64,000 nt of DNA from Candidatus Bathyarchaeota archaeon (lineage in GTDB: Archaea > Thermoproteota > Bathyarchaeia > Bathyarchaeales > DTEX01): NCBI GenBank assembly GCA_963714275.1, contig CAVQNT010000006.1, positions 1 through 64,000 on the forward strand. The letters are read 5' to 3'. The notes below the pieces were generated by a model. The model ran no database searches. It had not been told where the DNA came from and saw only the letters and a program-made list of their open reading frames with translations. Position numbers and translations under genes: made by a program. Below are positions 45,502 through 55,740 of the stretch, one piece after another. Within the stretch, counting starts at the first letter, position 1. The number at the start of each line of letters is the position of its first letter.

Positions 45502-46077
45502 GTGATTAAATTGCCTTGGTATAGGACATCTGGAAAACTGATGACTCCAATATCTGATGAAGATTTCATAAATGTTATGACTGATGGTTATTTTGTAAAA
45601 AGAAAACATAAAGGATTCATAGCCCTTCTCTACTATTCTGCTGTTAGAAAAAGAGAGGCTTTGAGAGCCAAAAAAGATCAATTTAGGATTCTTAATGATC
45701 GAGTAATTTTCGAAGTCGGAAAAAGATTGAAACATGGCTTACAGACTCCACCTTTGAATATTCCTCTATCTGCTCCTTACGTTGATGAAATAGCTTGGAG
45801 TATCATGAACACAGAACCGAATCATGCAGTATGGCCTTATAGTTCAAAAACGGCTTACAACATTGTTAGAAGAATTTTTCCCGGATATCCCCATTATTTT
45901 CGTCTTAACCGTATAACCACCTTTTTTGAAGAAGGTTGGACCATTGCCCAAGTTAGAACATGGACAGGATTAAGTTTGAACGCATTAGAATTTTATGTTG
46001 GATTAGTGGATGTCAAAAGAATGGGCGAATCTCTTGGGAGGAAGTACAAAGAAGCTTCTGCAAATGAGAAAAAATGA
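45502..46077 (+). CDS. Tyrosine recombinase, catalytic domain only (191 aa)
   Basis: LLYYSAVRKREAL (box I Arg), RLKHG (Lys), YPHYFRLNR (HxxR), VRTWTGL, LEFYVG (Tyr nucleophile). Confidence 0.85.
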   Translation: MIKLPWYRTSGKLMTPISDEDFINVMTDGYFVKRKHKGFIALLYYSAVRKREALRAKKDQFRILNDRVIFEVGKRLKHGLQTPPLNIPLSAPYVDEIAWSIMNTEPNHAVWPYSSKTAYNIVRRIFPGYPHYFRLNRITTFFEEGWTIAQVRTWTGLSLNALEFYVGLVDVKRMGESLGRKYKEASANEKK

Positions 46078-46289
46078 GGAAGAATGGTTAATGGCTGATT
46101 ACTTTTACTCAATAATAAAACATTAAGGTACATTGGTGAAATGAAACGTTAATATAATATTAATATCACCAATGTCACCCAATTGTCTAAATAGGCATTT
46201 GTAAAGACGAGTTTATGCATAGTTTTGCCTAGATCTGATGCATAGAAGTAACCAATCGATTGTTGTTTCGACATTCTGATTCGAGTTTT

Positions 46290-46309
46290 TGGATACAAAA
46301 GCATCAACA
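46290..46309 (-). repeat. Copy 4 of repeated site; right inverted repeat of recombinase unit
   Basis: TGGATACAAAAGCATCAACA. Confidence 0.95.
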
Positions 46310-46422
46310 TAGCGCATGGTGATATGTTGATTTTCTTTTTTTCTATTTCTTTTCAGTTGAGTTAGTGATTCAATACTTATTTACTGGTAATCTTGTCTTA
46401 TTGTCTAAAGGTGTCATTAAAG

Positions 46423-47228
46423 ATGAAAACTGGAGAATGGTTTAAAACAAGACGCGTAAGCAGCGGAACAATAGCAATAGATGATCACGGTTCCGATGTA
46501 ATGTACCTCATCACCGGAGACAAGAAATGCCTTCTTATAGATACTGGTTGGGGGATTGGCGATCTTCCTAAGTTAATATCCTCGTTTTCATCTTTGCCCT
46601 TAACGGTAATGAATACTCATGGTCACCCAGACCACACATACGGGAACAGTGTATTCAATCAAGTTCGCATACACGAGGCTGACAAATATTTCATCGACAA
46701 GCCTTCAAGTGCTGAATCAAAAAAGTGGATCGTGGAAAACGTTCTACCGAAACCGTTACCCAAAAACTTTACCCCAGACACGTGGGCTGCAAAAGTACCT
46801 TCCATACAAACAATTAAGGATAGTCATGTCTTCGATTTAGGCAATCGTCATTTGCAAACTGTTTGTGTTCCCGGCCATACACCGGCTCAATCTGCTTGCT
46901 AGATCGTGAAAATCGGTTATTGTTCACGGGCGACACAATTCAGAATCCAACTTGGCTTCACCTGCAGGAATCGCTTCCTCTCAGCCAGTTTCACAAGAAC
47001 CTGAAGCAGCTGCAATCCAAAATGGACGAGGTTGACTGCTTTCTACCTGGGCATGCAAATCTGAAGACGTTACCGTTACCAAAACAGAATATTAATGAGC
47101 TTGTGGCGGGTATCGAGCAAATTCTAAAAGGAAAACTTGTGGGACGAGAAGAAAAAACGTTCGCAGGCGATGGGTTACGCTGCGATTTTGGCTCAACGGG
47201 TATTGTCTACCGACCCAATCATCTATAA
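46423..47228 (+). CDS. Metallo-beta-lactamase fold hydrolase, frameshifted
   Basis: LIDTG, NTHGHPDHTYG, PGHT.GS, LFTGD, LPGH. Confidence 0.92.
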
Positions 47229-47369
47229 TTGTTCACTACCGTTTACTTTGACTAATTCAAAGGCTATGATATCGGTTTGCATCACTATAATTATAATAAA
47301 GGTAACTGAGTCAAATTTGGACAGGTGTTGGTTATTTTTTTCTTTTAACCTTCATTCTATTTTCCAGTT

Positions 47370-48296
47370 TCATTTTGGACGAAGGAAGACATGTTTGTTA
47401 TAGATTTTTATTATCTTATCAAAGGTTTGGTTAGGAGTCTGGGTGAGTGAAGCGACACGATCAAGAATCTCCGTTTGAAGGTTATTAAGCTGGTAATCAG
47501 GGTTCATTATTTTCCATAAGTTCCAAGGGATTCCAACTAAGTATGGCACTGTTTCAAATTTGTTCAGAGAGGCTAAATCTCTCACAAGGTTTCCTCGTAT
47601 GAACCACAGCCCATGTATATTACTTAACCCAAATCTTTGCGGATCATAACCCTCATTTCTACACATGTCCCATGCTTTTCCAGCTACAATGAACTCATTC
47701 TCCGGGATGTCGCAAGTATCAAAGTTGATATGCAGACAATCTCTCTGGAACTCGTCAATCTGAGGGTCCACCTTAATCCATCTCTTCTGTTCTGCACACC
47801 AATATTCACATATCCAGTGATCCTCAAAATAATATGGTGGCGAAAAATATTTTGCGAAGCCACATCGGGCGCGAGCTGGGACTCCTTTTTGCCTAAAGAT
47901 GGAACATAGGACAATACTGAAGTCCCTGCAACAGCCAATAGAGCGTTTCTCAAAAGACCTTTCTTTTGTAAAGGATCGACTGTCCAGTTCTAGGATTATT
48001 TTGATTCTATCCTTTACGAGGAATAGTTTCAACTCTTTCTGCACACGTATCTTTTCTACATCTATCCTATATCTTGTCAGCCACATATCATGGATGATTA
48101 GGTCTTGTACTATTTTACATATAGTTAGAATATCCATTGGCAATTCTTTGAAGAGAGATCCATATTGGCCCGGATCAGTAATTTCTCCGTGTGAAGAATA
48201 GTATTCCAACGCTTTCATATTTTGGCTTGTTTTCATGATGTGTCTCCATTTAAGAATCGATACTCCTTTGGAATAAAAAATTCTGTCATACATCAA
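47370..48296 (-). CDS. Transglutaminase-like protein
   Basis: GCCRDFS, VPARARCGFA, DHWICEYW, WIKVD. Confidence 0.85.
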   Translation of the reverse strand: MMYDRIFYSKGVSILKWRHIMKTSQNMKALEYYSSHGEITDPGQYGSLFKELPMDILTICKIVQDLIIHDMWLTRYRIDVEKIRVQKELKLFLVKDRIKIILELDSRSFTKERSFEKRSIGCCRDFSIVLCSIFRQKGVPARARCGFAKYFSPPYYFEDHWICEYWCAEQKRWIKVDPQIDEFQRDCLHINFDTCDIPENEFIVAGKAWDMCRNEGYDPQRFGLSNIHGLWFIRGNLVRDLASLNKFETVPYLVGIPWNLWKIMNPDYQLNNLQTEILDRVASLTQTPNQTFDKIIKIYNKHVFLRPK

Positions 48297-48318
48297 GTAG
48301 AATGTATGTTATATGCTT

Positions 48319-49359
48319 TTACAATGTTATCTGGATTTTCATGGGATTTCCTGTTTTATTGATGTTGACTTCGAATGCTTCATTAATTTGTTCAAGCGAA
48401 AAAACGTTCGTAACAAATGGTTTCACGACAGACTTTACCCGAGGATACAGCTTTTATCGCTGCGGGAAACACGTTTGCATAACGATGTATACCTTGGATT
48501 CTAAGTTCTTTGGAGATAACCTTGTTGAGAGGCATTTATACATCCTTTGGTGGGTAGCCAACGAGAACAATTCTACCTCCAGGTCTTACTATATCTATGG
48601 ACTGTTGGATTGCTGATGATGCGCCAGAAGCCTCAATAACGATGTCGATGCCTTTGTTGTCTGTGAGCTCCATGATTTTTTCCATAATATTTTCTTTCGC
48701 TGTGTTGATGACTTCATTTGCTCCGAACTTTTTTGCGTATTCAAGCCTGTAGTCAACGACATCGGTAACAAATATTTCAGGAACACCATAAGTCTTTGCA
48801 CTTGAAGCGCCATTTGCCCAATCGGTCCTGCTCCTAACACTGCCACGATGTCTTGAGCCATAACCTCACCCATTTTTGTTGCCATCATACCGACTGCCAA
48901 GGGTTCAATCATCGCGCCTTCCTCATACGACATTTCATCTGGCATAACGTAAACATTCTGTTCGGGCGCAGAGATATATTCAGCAAAAGCTCCGTCGTAA
49001 GGTGGGGCAGCGTAGAACTTGACCTCTCTGCAAAGGTTATATCTTCCTGTTTTACAATATTCGCATTTTCCGCACGTGAAACCAGGTTCAATGACTACTC
49101 TTTGCCCAATCTTGAGGTTTTTTACTTCATCACCTATTTCCATTATTTCTCCTGCACATTCGTGTCCAAGAATTAAGGGTTTTTTAACTATGAACGAGGC
49201 GATGGAGCCTTCTAGATAGAAATGTATATCGGATCCGCAGACACCTACTCGCTTCATTTTCACGAGTACTTCATTAGAATCAATCTGAGGGATGGAAACT
49301 TCTTCGACACGCAGATCTAGAGGTTTATGTAATACAGCGGCTTTCATTTTTCCCTTCAT
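48319..49359 (-). CDS. Zn-dependent alcohol dehydrogenase (sorbitol/xylitol DH-like); frameshifts and one in-frame stop
   Basis: GVCGSDIH, LGHE, CGKCEYCKTGRYNLC, GAGPIG; C-terminal part continues to TAA at 48319-48321. Confidence 0.88.
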
Positions 49360-49501
49360 GTTTTATTCGCCTTCGACTTTCATGAAATGAATTAAATATT
49401 AAGTCTTTTACGCATATAGACTTAAAATATCATTGGCTTTTCGATGTTATCGGCACATTTATATTCACTTATTGTTATTAACTGATGAATTCAGGTTGTG
49501 A

Positions 49502-50156
49502 ATGTCATTGCAATTTAGCTTACAAAGGTTGCGTTCGGTATTCGTTCTACCCATAATAATCTTTTTGCTCATAGTTCCCATCTCGGTTCTTGCTTGTTTC
49601 GGTATTATATATTTTACGTTCACATCCCACCAAAGAGGCGATTTTCTTTGGTTCGAAAACCAGTATATGGAGCTTGAGTTTCCAGAAAATTGGTTCGGGA
49701 GCTCCGTTAGAATATGTTAATTCGACATCTGGGAATACTTATAGTGCCGTTTTCATCGCACCAAACGTTTTTTTAGCCATCGGAATAACGATCTACGATA
49801 GATCGGCAACTCAGACTTATATTGACAAATATAATTTGACAAACACTCGCGCTATTCTAGTTTTTGAGTCAAACAGAACATACCATAACATCCTTGAATC
49901 CAACAGTAACGCGACCCTAGAAATGGTTGAAAATGGCACAAGATCAGTAGCTGGCTATGAAGCTGACTATTCAATTTACATCATTAGAAACAGCTATGTT
50001 GAAAATAACGTGACAAAAAACATTTCCTATTTGACAATATTCTATAATGCTAATGGACAACTGGTGCAAATTGCTTACTGGGGAAATGAAGAAGTCTTTG
50101 AACAGTCACGTCAAACATTCGAAACGGTCTTAACCCAAATGAGTGTGAAAACATGA
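49502..50156 (+). CDS. Membrane-anchored extracellular hypothetical protein, frameshifted
   Basis: N-terminal TM, then Asn/Thr-rich domain with N-x-S/T sequons. Confidence 0.55.
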
Positions 50157-50662
50157 AAAAAGATACGTCTGAACATGGCTCTTATGAACGAATGGATCTG
50201 GTCCACATATTAATAGGTGGAGGCATATCCTTCGGAATAACGGTCCTCCTTATCGACATCGTCCAAAATCTACTTCAGCAAATCCTTTACAATCTAGGCA
50301 TGGCAGGAGTCGTATTCTTCATAGATTACTACCAATTTGCCCGAGGACTGTTTGTGTTCGGACTGGTCTATTTAACCAGCGGCTTCAGTGGCGGACTCTA
50401 CACAGGATACAATGTATACATAAACTTGAGAAGGACTCTATTCTTTCCCGCCGTGATTAGTACTGTAGGCTTCATTTTATTAGCAACGATTTTTGCCAAC
50501 TACCCCATTACGCCTCAGTTTACGGGTTTAATGGTTCTTCAGTTCGCTGGAAGCTTATTAGGTTCATATTTAGGTGGATACGCGATAAACTGGACATTAT
50601 TACACGAGAAACAAGAATCTCCGAACAAGTTAACGCTTGAAATTCGTAAAAAAGCTAGTTAA
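50153..50662 (+). CDS. Hypothetical 4-TM membrane protein
   Basis: Hydrophobic Gly-rich helices; ATGA overlap with the previous gene. Confidence 0.6.
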   Translation: MKKDTSEHGSYERMDLVHILIGGGISFGITVLLIDIVQNLLQQILYNLGMAGVVFFIDYYQFARGLFVFGLVYLTSGFSGGLYTGYNVYINLRRTLFFPAVISTVGFILLATIFANYPITPQFTGLMVLQFAGSLLGSYLGGYAINWTLLHEKQESPNKLTLEIRKKAS

Positions 50663-50676
50663 AAGTAATGTGATTG

Positions 50677-52059
50677 TTAAAGAACAATCATTATCGTAAC
50701 ATCATTAACATTGGTGCCCGTCGGACCTGTGTAAATAAGTCCACCAACACGGGAAAAGAACTCAAATGAATCATTGTTTTTCATAAACATTCCTGCATCT
50801 AGCATAAGTTCCCTAGAATACCTCAATGTTTCGCCATCAACAAGAGCTCCCGCGGCATCAGTTGGTCCGTCAACCCCGTCCGTACTTATTGAAGCTATTA
50901 CGACTTTGTCTAATCCCTCAATCTTTAATGCTGCAGCCAAGGCAAGCTCTTGATTCCGTCCTCCTTTACCCTTTCCGGTAACTGTGACGGTTGTTTCGCC
51001 GCCGACCACTATTCCAACTGGTGGAGGTAATGGATTACATGAAGTCAGAACTTCCTTTGTTAATGCGCTGAGTGTTGTTCCAACTTCTCTTGCTTCACCT
51101 TCCATGAAAGATGAAAGAAACATTGTGTTAAGTCCAGACTTTTTCATTGCTTTTACTGCAGCTTGGCACGCAAGACGATTGTTGCCTATGACAACATTGT
51201 AAACTTTTTTAAAGATTGGATCGTCTTTTTTCGGGGTCTCTTCAATTAATCCCTTTTTTCCTTCTGAAAGAACCTTTTTTACAGAAACCGGGACTTTCTC
51301 CAACAGATCATACCTTTTTAGAATTCTATTTGCATCTTCGAAGGATGATGAATCGGGAACGGTTGGACCTGAGGCTATCACATCCAGGGGGTCGCCGAGG
51401 ACGTCTGATAACAGAAGCCCTAGAACTGTCGCTGGATAAGCTGCTTTTGCGAGTTGTCCGCCTTTGAAGGCTGAGATGTGTTTTCGTACGGTGTTTATCT
51501 CGTTTATCGTGGCTCCGCACTTTAAAAGTAAGTTTGTCACTTTCTGTTTGTCCTCAAGAAGAATGCCTGTTCTTGGTAGAGCCATCAAGCTTGAACCTCC
51601 GCCTGAAATCAAACAAATAACCAAATCATCCTCTTGGGCGTGACTGACCAAGTTTACGATTTTTCTGGCTCCTTCGACGCTGCTGTTGTCCGGTATAGGG
51701 TGACTAGCTTCATGGATGGCGGTCTTTTTTGTTTTGTACTTACCAGAGGTTCCCTTCGGAACAACTATTAGACCATTTTTTATTCGGTCTCCGAGGATTT
51801 CCTCTAAGGCTTCTGCCATGAAACCGCTGGCTTTACCTCCGCCGACAATAAGTATGTTATTGAAAGATGATAAGTCAAACGATTTTTCGCCTACAATCAA
51901 TGTCTCATTCGTCAATTGCAATTGGGACTTTACAACTTTTTTGGGCTCAACCTCACCAAGTAACGCTTCAATGGCATCCAAAACAATTTCTCTCACTTTC
52001 CTGTTTGTGGATGAGAAAGCGTTGTCTAATAATTCTTGCTTGTTCAACACCTTTACCAT
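50677..52059 (-). CDS. Glycerate 2-kinase (MOFRL family)
   Basis: GGGKAS, ASHPIPD, LISGGGS, RKHISAFKGG, GGETTV, GGRNQE, TDGVDG, TGTNVND. Confidence 0.94.
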   Translation of the reverse strand: MVKVLNKQELLDNAFSSTNRKVREIVLDAIEALLGEVEPKKVVKSQLQLTNETLIVGEKSFDLSSFNNILIVGGGKASGFMAEALEEILGDRIKNGLIVVPKGTSGKYKTKKTAIHEASHPIPDNSSVEGARKIVNLVSHAQEDDLVICLISGGGSSLMALPRTGILLEDKQKVTNLLLKCGATINEINTVRKHISAFKGGQLAKAAYPATVLGLLLSDVLGDPLDVIASGPTVPDSSSFEDANRILKRYDLLEKVPVSVKKVLSEGKKGLIEETPKKDDPIFKKVYNVVIGNNRLACQAAVKAMKKSGLNTMFLSSFMEGEAREVGTTLSALTKEVLTSCNPLPPPVGIVVGGETTVTVTGKGKGGRNQELALAAALKIEGLDKVVIASISTDGVDGPTDAAGALVDGETLRYSRELMLDAGMFMKNNDSFEFFSRVGGLIYTGPTGTNVNDVTIMIVL

Positions 52060-52518
52060 GCGTTTCTTTCCTCACTAAAAATTATTAATCGCCTTTATTG
52101 TTGAATTGTAAGCCGTGACACACAATTTCTGGCATACATATAGCATGTATTTATGTTTTTTGAGCCTATACGATTTTTTAATATTTTCGCGATTTCACAA
52201 TCATTGTTTTGAGTGTTTTGGTTGAAAATGGACATTTAAAATGTCTTAAATAATCATTAATCGAAATATCCCTTTTTTCAGTCTTTTTTGGACCAAATTT
52301 ATATTCATTGCACACCATGGATTCTTTTTTGGATTTTTTTATAAATCGGATGCTTTTTTTCAACAGTATACTATGTATTAATAGTTTATTTTTAGAAAAT
52401 ATAAAAGTTCTTTAATGATTTGGTCATTAAAAACATCCATAATCCAAACCTGTATAGCAATTTTAGGATATGATTTTAAGGATAAATTTTGTATCCAAAT
52501 TTTTTAATTAACAGTTTA

Positions 52519-53628
52519 TTATTCAATCATCATCGAATATTGTTCTTCGTAGTCTGCAACTACATTAATTTGGCCACGAATTTCCTTATCCAGTAAGGGA
52601 TCACCAGAGTCTACTCTAAGATTTTTCAGTTCCCCGAGCTTACTTTTTGTAGCAATAATAATGATGTTTTTTGTTCCAACTTTCCTGATAACAGATGAAC
52701 TGATCTGCTGGTTTCCTCTGCCAAAAATGAACCCTTGCCCTCCTATCGGCGTCACGACAATCTTTACATTTCTGTTTTGTATTCTTTTCAGGATTTCATT
52801 CTCGTTCACATCATAGGCTATAATCTTTCTATTACAGAGTAGGTCTACCCCGAGAAGTGTCTTTTTTTCCTCAAGCAAATCAGTAATGGTCCGAGTGGTC
52901 GTTCCTGGACCAACAATGTATATAACATCGGGAACTATGATTTTTTCAATAAAGTATACAGTTATTGCAGCTTGGTTCCGAAGCTCATCCTCAGTGATCG
53001 GGCTGGCAACTTTTATGCTTTGAACCAAATTTGGCTCGTAAGGGGTGAGGACATAACCGTAAAGCCTCGCTGAGACGCGACCACTTCGGAAAGCTTCCTC
53101 ATCAACATCCATAACCTCGGCTTCTCTCAAAGGAAGCCTCTCGAAAAGAAAACGGGATGTTATACTGGCTGCTGATTCAGGATTAAATGCGAACACTGCG
53201 CTGTGCATTTTTACACCTGTTGGTACACCTAAAACTGGAAGATGGGCGTCGACAGCGTCCATTATGTTTCTGGCTGTTCCGTCTCCTCCGCAGAAGACAA
53301 ACAAGTCCACGCCTTCATCCAACATTTCCCTTGCTGCATTCTTTGTGTCTATAGCGCTTGTCTCATCTTTTACTTCACCAAAAATACCACATGTGAATCC
53401 TATGTTTTGAGCTTCGGAAGCTCCCATCATACCCGCAGCAGCCATAATTTGGATTTCGTTTTTCAATGGCTTTAAAAAAGAAAGAAACAATTCAGCTCTT
53501 TTAGGCGCTATCAGTTTTGCGCCGAGAGTTCTAGCTTTATTAAGAATTTCCCTGCCATCGGTTCCTTTCAAACCGACAGCTCCGCCCATGCCTGCAATGG
53601 GATTGACGATTAAACCAAGTTTTTTCAT
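52519..53628 (-). CDS. ATP-NAD kinase family (AcoX-like) protein
   Basis: NPIAGMGGAVGLKGTDG, GGDGTAR, GVKMHSAVFA, GRGNQQIS. Confidence 0.9.
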   Translation of the reverse strand: MKKLGLIVNPIAGMGGAVGLKGTDGREILNKARTLGAKLIAPKRAELFLSFLKPLKNEIQIMAAAGMMGASEAQNIGFTCGIFGEVKDETSAIDTKNAAREMLDEGVDLFVFCGGDGTARNIMDAVDAHLPVLGVPTGVKMHSAVFAFNPESAASITSRFLFERLPLREAEVMDVDEEAFRSGRVSARLYGYVLTPYEPNLVQSIKVASPITEDELRNQAAITVYFIEKIIVPDVIYIVGPGTTTRTITDLLEEKKTLLGVDLLCNRKIIAYDVNENEILKRIQNRNVKIVVTPIGGQGFIFGRGNQQISSSVIRKVGTKNIIIIATKSKLGELKNLRVDSGDPLLDKEIRGQINVVADYEEQYSMMIE

Positions 53629-53713
53629 GTTTTTCCCTTGTGAACGTTTAACTGGTTCTAGGAATCATGATGTTTATTAGCCTTTTTTATAATATTTGTG
53701 AACGATTATTGAG

Positions 53714-54603
53714 ATGAATGAGCACGGGAAGACTTCTAAAAACTTAATTTACCTAGGAGTTGCATTAGTTGTCACGTTGTGTTTCTTCTTTGTTGAGCTA
53801 ATTGGAAGTTTCTTAACAAACAGTCTTGCCCTTCTAACCGATGCTTGGCACATGTTGAACGATGCTTTTGCCCTAGCTCTTTCGATGATAGACTGCTTGG
53901 ATTGCTCAAAGACCAGAAACAAATAAAAGGACTTATGGCTATTATCGAGCGGAGATTTTGGCAGCTTTTCTGCAAGGAGTACTGCTGTGGATCGTTGTTT
54001 TCTATGTGTTCTTTAAATCTTTTGAACGGTTTCAGCAGCCTTCTCAAGTCATGAGCTTTAACATGCTTATCATTGCTGTCTTCGGTCTTCTGTCTAACGG
54101 ATTATCTGCAGCCATTCTTTCGAGGGCAGGCGACGAAAGTTTGAACATTAAAGGCGCTGCTTTACACGTAATTTCAGACGGTTTAGGCTCAGTAGGCGCA
54201 ATCCTTGCAGGGATCATCATGTTTTTTACAGGATGGTACCAAGCTGACGCATTGATTAGCGCGTTAATTGGTATTCTGATTCTGTATAGCTCGGGAAAAA
54301 TTGTCAAAGAATCAATAAATGTTCTTCTTGAAGGTGTCCCTTCACACATGAGCCTTGAAGACATTGAAAAAAGAATTCTAGAAGTAAAAGGCGTAAAAGG
54401 AGTCCACGATCTTCACGTGTGGTGCATTTCGCCATCGAGAATGTGCATAATGAGCGGTCATGTAGTTGTAGAAGAAGACGTAGACAAGAAGAATGTTATG
54501 TGGCTATTAATCCATATTCTCAAAGAAGAATTTGGAATAGACCACACCACAATCCAGGCTGGAAGATGAAGGATATCCAAAGGCGCCTGGTGAACACCCT
54601 TAA
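53714..54603 (+). CDS. Cation diffusion facilitator (CzcD-like), frameshifted
   Basis: SLALLTDAWHMLND, LHVISD, VHDLHVW, HTTIQ. Confidence 0.92.
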
Positions 54604-54872
54604 TAAACAATTGAACTACCTCGCCAGCGACGGTCAGAATCAAAGTATTAACTACGTATTTTCTTGATAAAAATCCGCAGTCTGGTTCATTCACAATCTT
54701 TAGTTACTAGGTTGTTTGTCTAGTCTGGCTAGCAGGCTTATTTCTAAAATATGAGTGACCCTTCAACGATTTTACCATAAATCATAAAGTTCTTATTAGA
54801 GAGCCCAATAATATTCGTAAACTTCCGCAATCAGGAAGGTTTAGTTGATAAGAGCTTACGGAAGACAAGCTC

Positions 54873-55739
54873 ATGGTTATGCAGCTCTCAAGAAGACACA
54901 CTCAAGAAAAACTTCTTGTAGAGCGAATCATGTATACAAAGCGATACTCACTTATTCTTGACAATGAAAAATGCGTTGGATGCGAAATTTGCAGAATCGC
55001 CTGTCCGCGGGAAGCAATTACTGTCGTAAAATCGCCAAAAGTAGAAGGCACAAAGTTAAGTAAATCCGCGGTAAACTTGGATGAGACTAAATGTTCCTTC
55101 TGCGGAATCTGCACTGCGATATGCCCATTCAGCGCCCTTGCTTTAACAATGAACGACAACAAATGGGTCCCTGTTCTCGAGAAGGAGGCTTTCCCGCAGG
55201 TCATCCACGAAGTGACGGTTGACGAATCAAAATGTCCAGTTGACTGCACAAAATGCGAAGAAGCATGCCCATTTAAACTCATAAAGGTCACATCCGACAA
55301 AGCTTCGGGTCGTGTGCACGTCCAAGTTGACAAAGAACACTGTCCAGGCTGCCAATTGTGTGAGGTCAAATGCCCAAACGGAGCCATTACTACGAGGAAG
55401 ATTTTCTCGGGTTTAATAGCAATAGACAGTATGAAGTGTCCCGAGAACTGCCATGACTGCGTTGATGTTTGCCCTGTACTTGATGTCTTAAGTCTTTCAG
55501 AGGATGGTAAAGTCGAGGTTTACGAAAAACACTGCATCTATTGCGGAGCCTGCAAGGTCGTTTGCCCTATTAAAAATGCACTTTTTCTACAAATGAGTTC
55601 AGTGTACCATACGCCTATACATTCGGGAGCGTGGAATAAAGCGCTTGAAAAACTCGCAACTGTCAACGGGGTAACTAGGGAACTGAGAAGCAATTCGTCC
55701 ATGAAGGTCCGTGAGACTGTAAAGAAACGTTTCAGCTGA
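54873..55739 (+). CDS. Polyferredoxin (FwdF-like)
   Basis: About six 4Fe-4S CxxCxxCxxxCP-type motifs; HSGAWNKAL tail. Confidence 0.88.
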   Translation: MVMQLSRRHTQEKLLVERIMYTKRYSLILDNEKCVGCEICRIACPREAITVVKSPKVEGTKLSKSAVNLDETKCSFCGICTAICPFSALALTMNDNKWVPVLEKEAFPQVIHEVTVDESKCPVDCTKCEEACPFKLIKVTSDKASGRVHVQVDKEHCPGCQLCEVKCPNGAITTRKIFSGLIAIDSMKCPENCHDCVDVCPVLDVLSLSEDGKVEVYEKHCIYCGACKVVCPIKNALFLQMSSVYHTPIHSGAWNKALEKLATVNGVTRELRSNSSMKVRETVKKRFS

Positions 55740-55740
55740 G

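Larger units (their letters stand above)
45300..46309. mobile_element. Candidate 1010-bp invertible/mobile unit: 20-bp perfect terminal inverted repeats enclosing one tyrosine recombinase gene
   Basis: TGTTGATGCTTTTGTATCCA (45300-45319) and TGGATACAAAAGCATCAACA (46290-46309); no obvious target-site duplication. Confidence 0.6.

Noticed and set aside
38883-46309. The 18-23-bp repeats as a CRISPR array
   Set aside because: Copies are 1-3 kb apart, in mixed orientation and separated by whole genes; no cas genes seen
45290-46320. Classical DDE insertion sequence
   Set aside because: The enclosed ORF has tyrosine-recombinase motifs, not DDE, and the flanks (GAGTATT / TAGCGCA) show no target duplication
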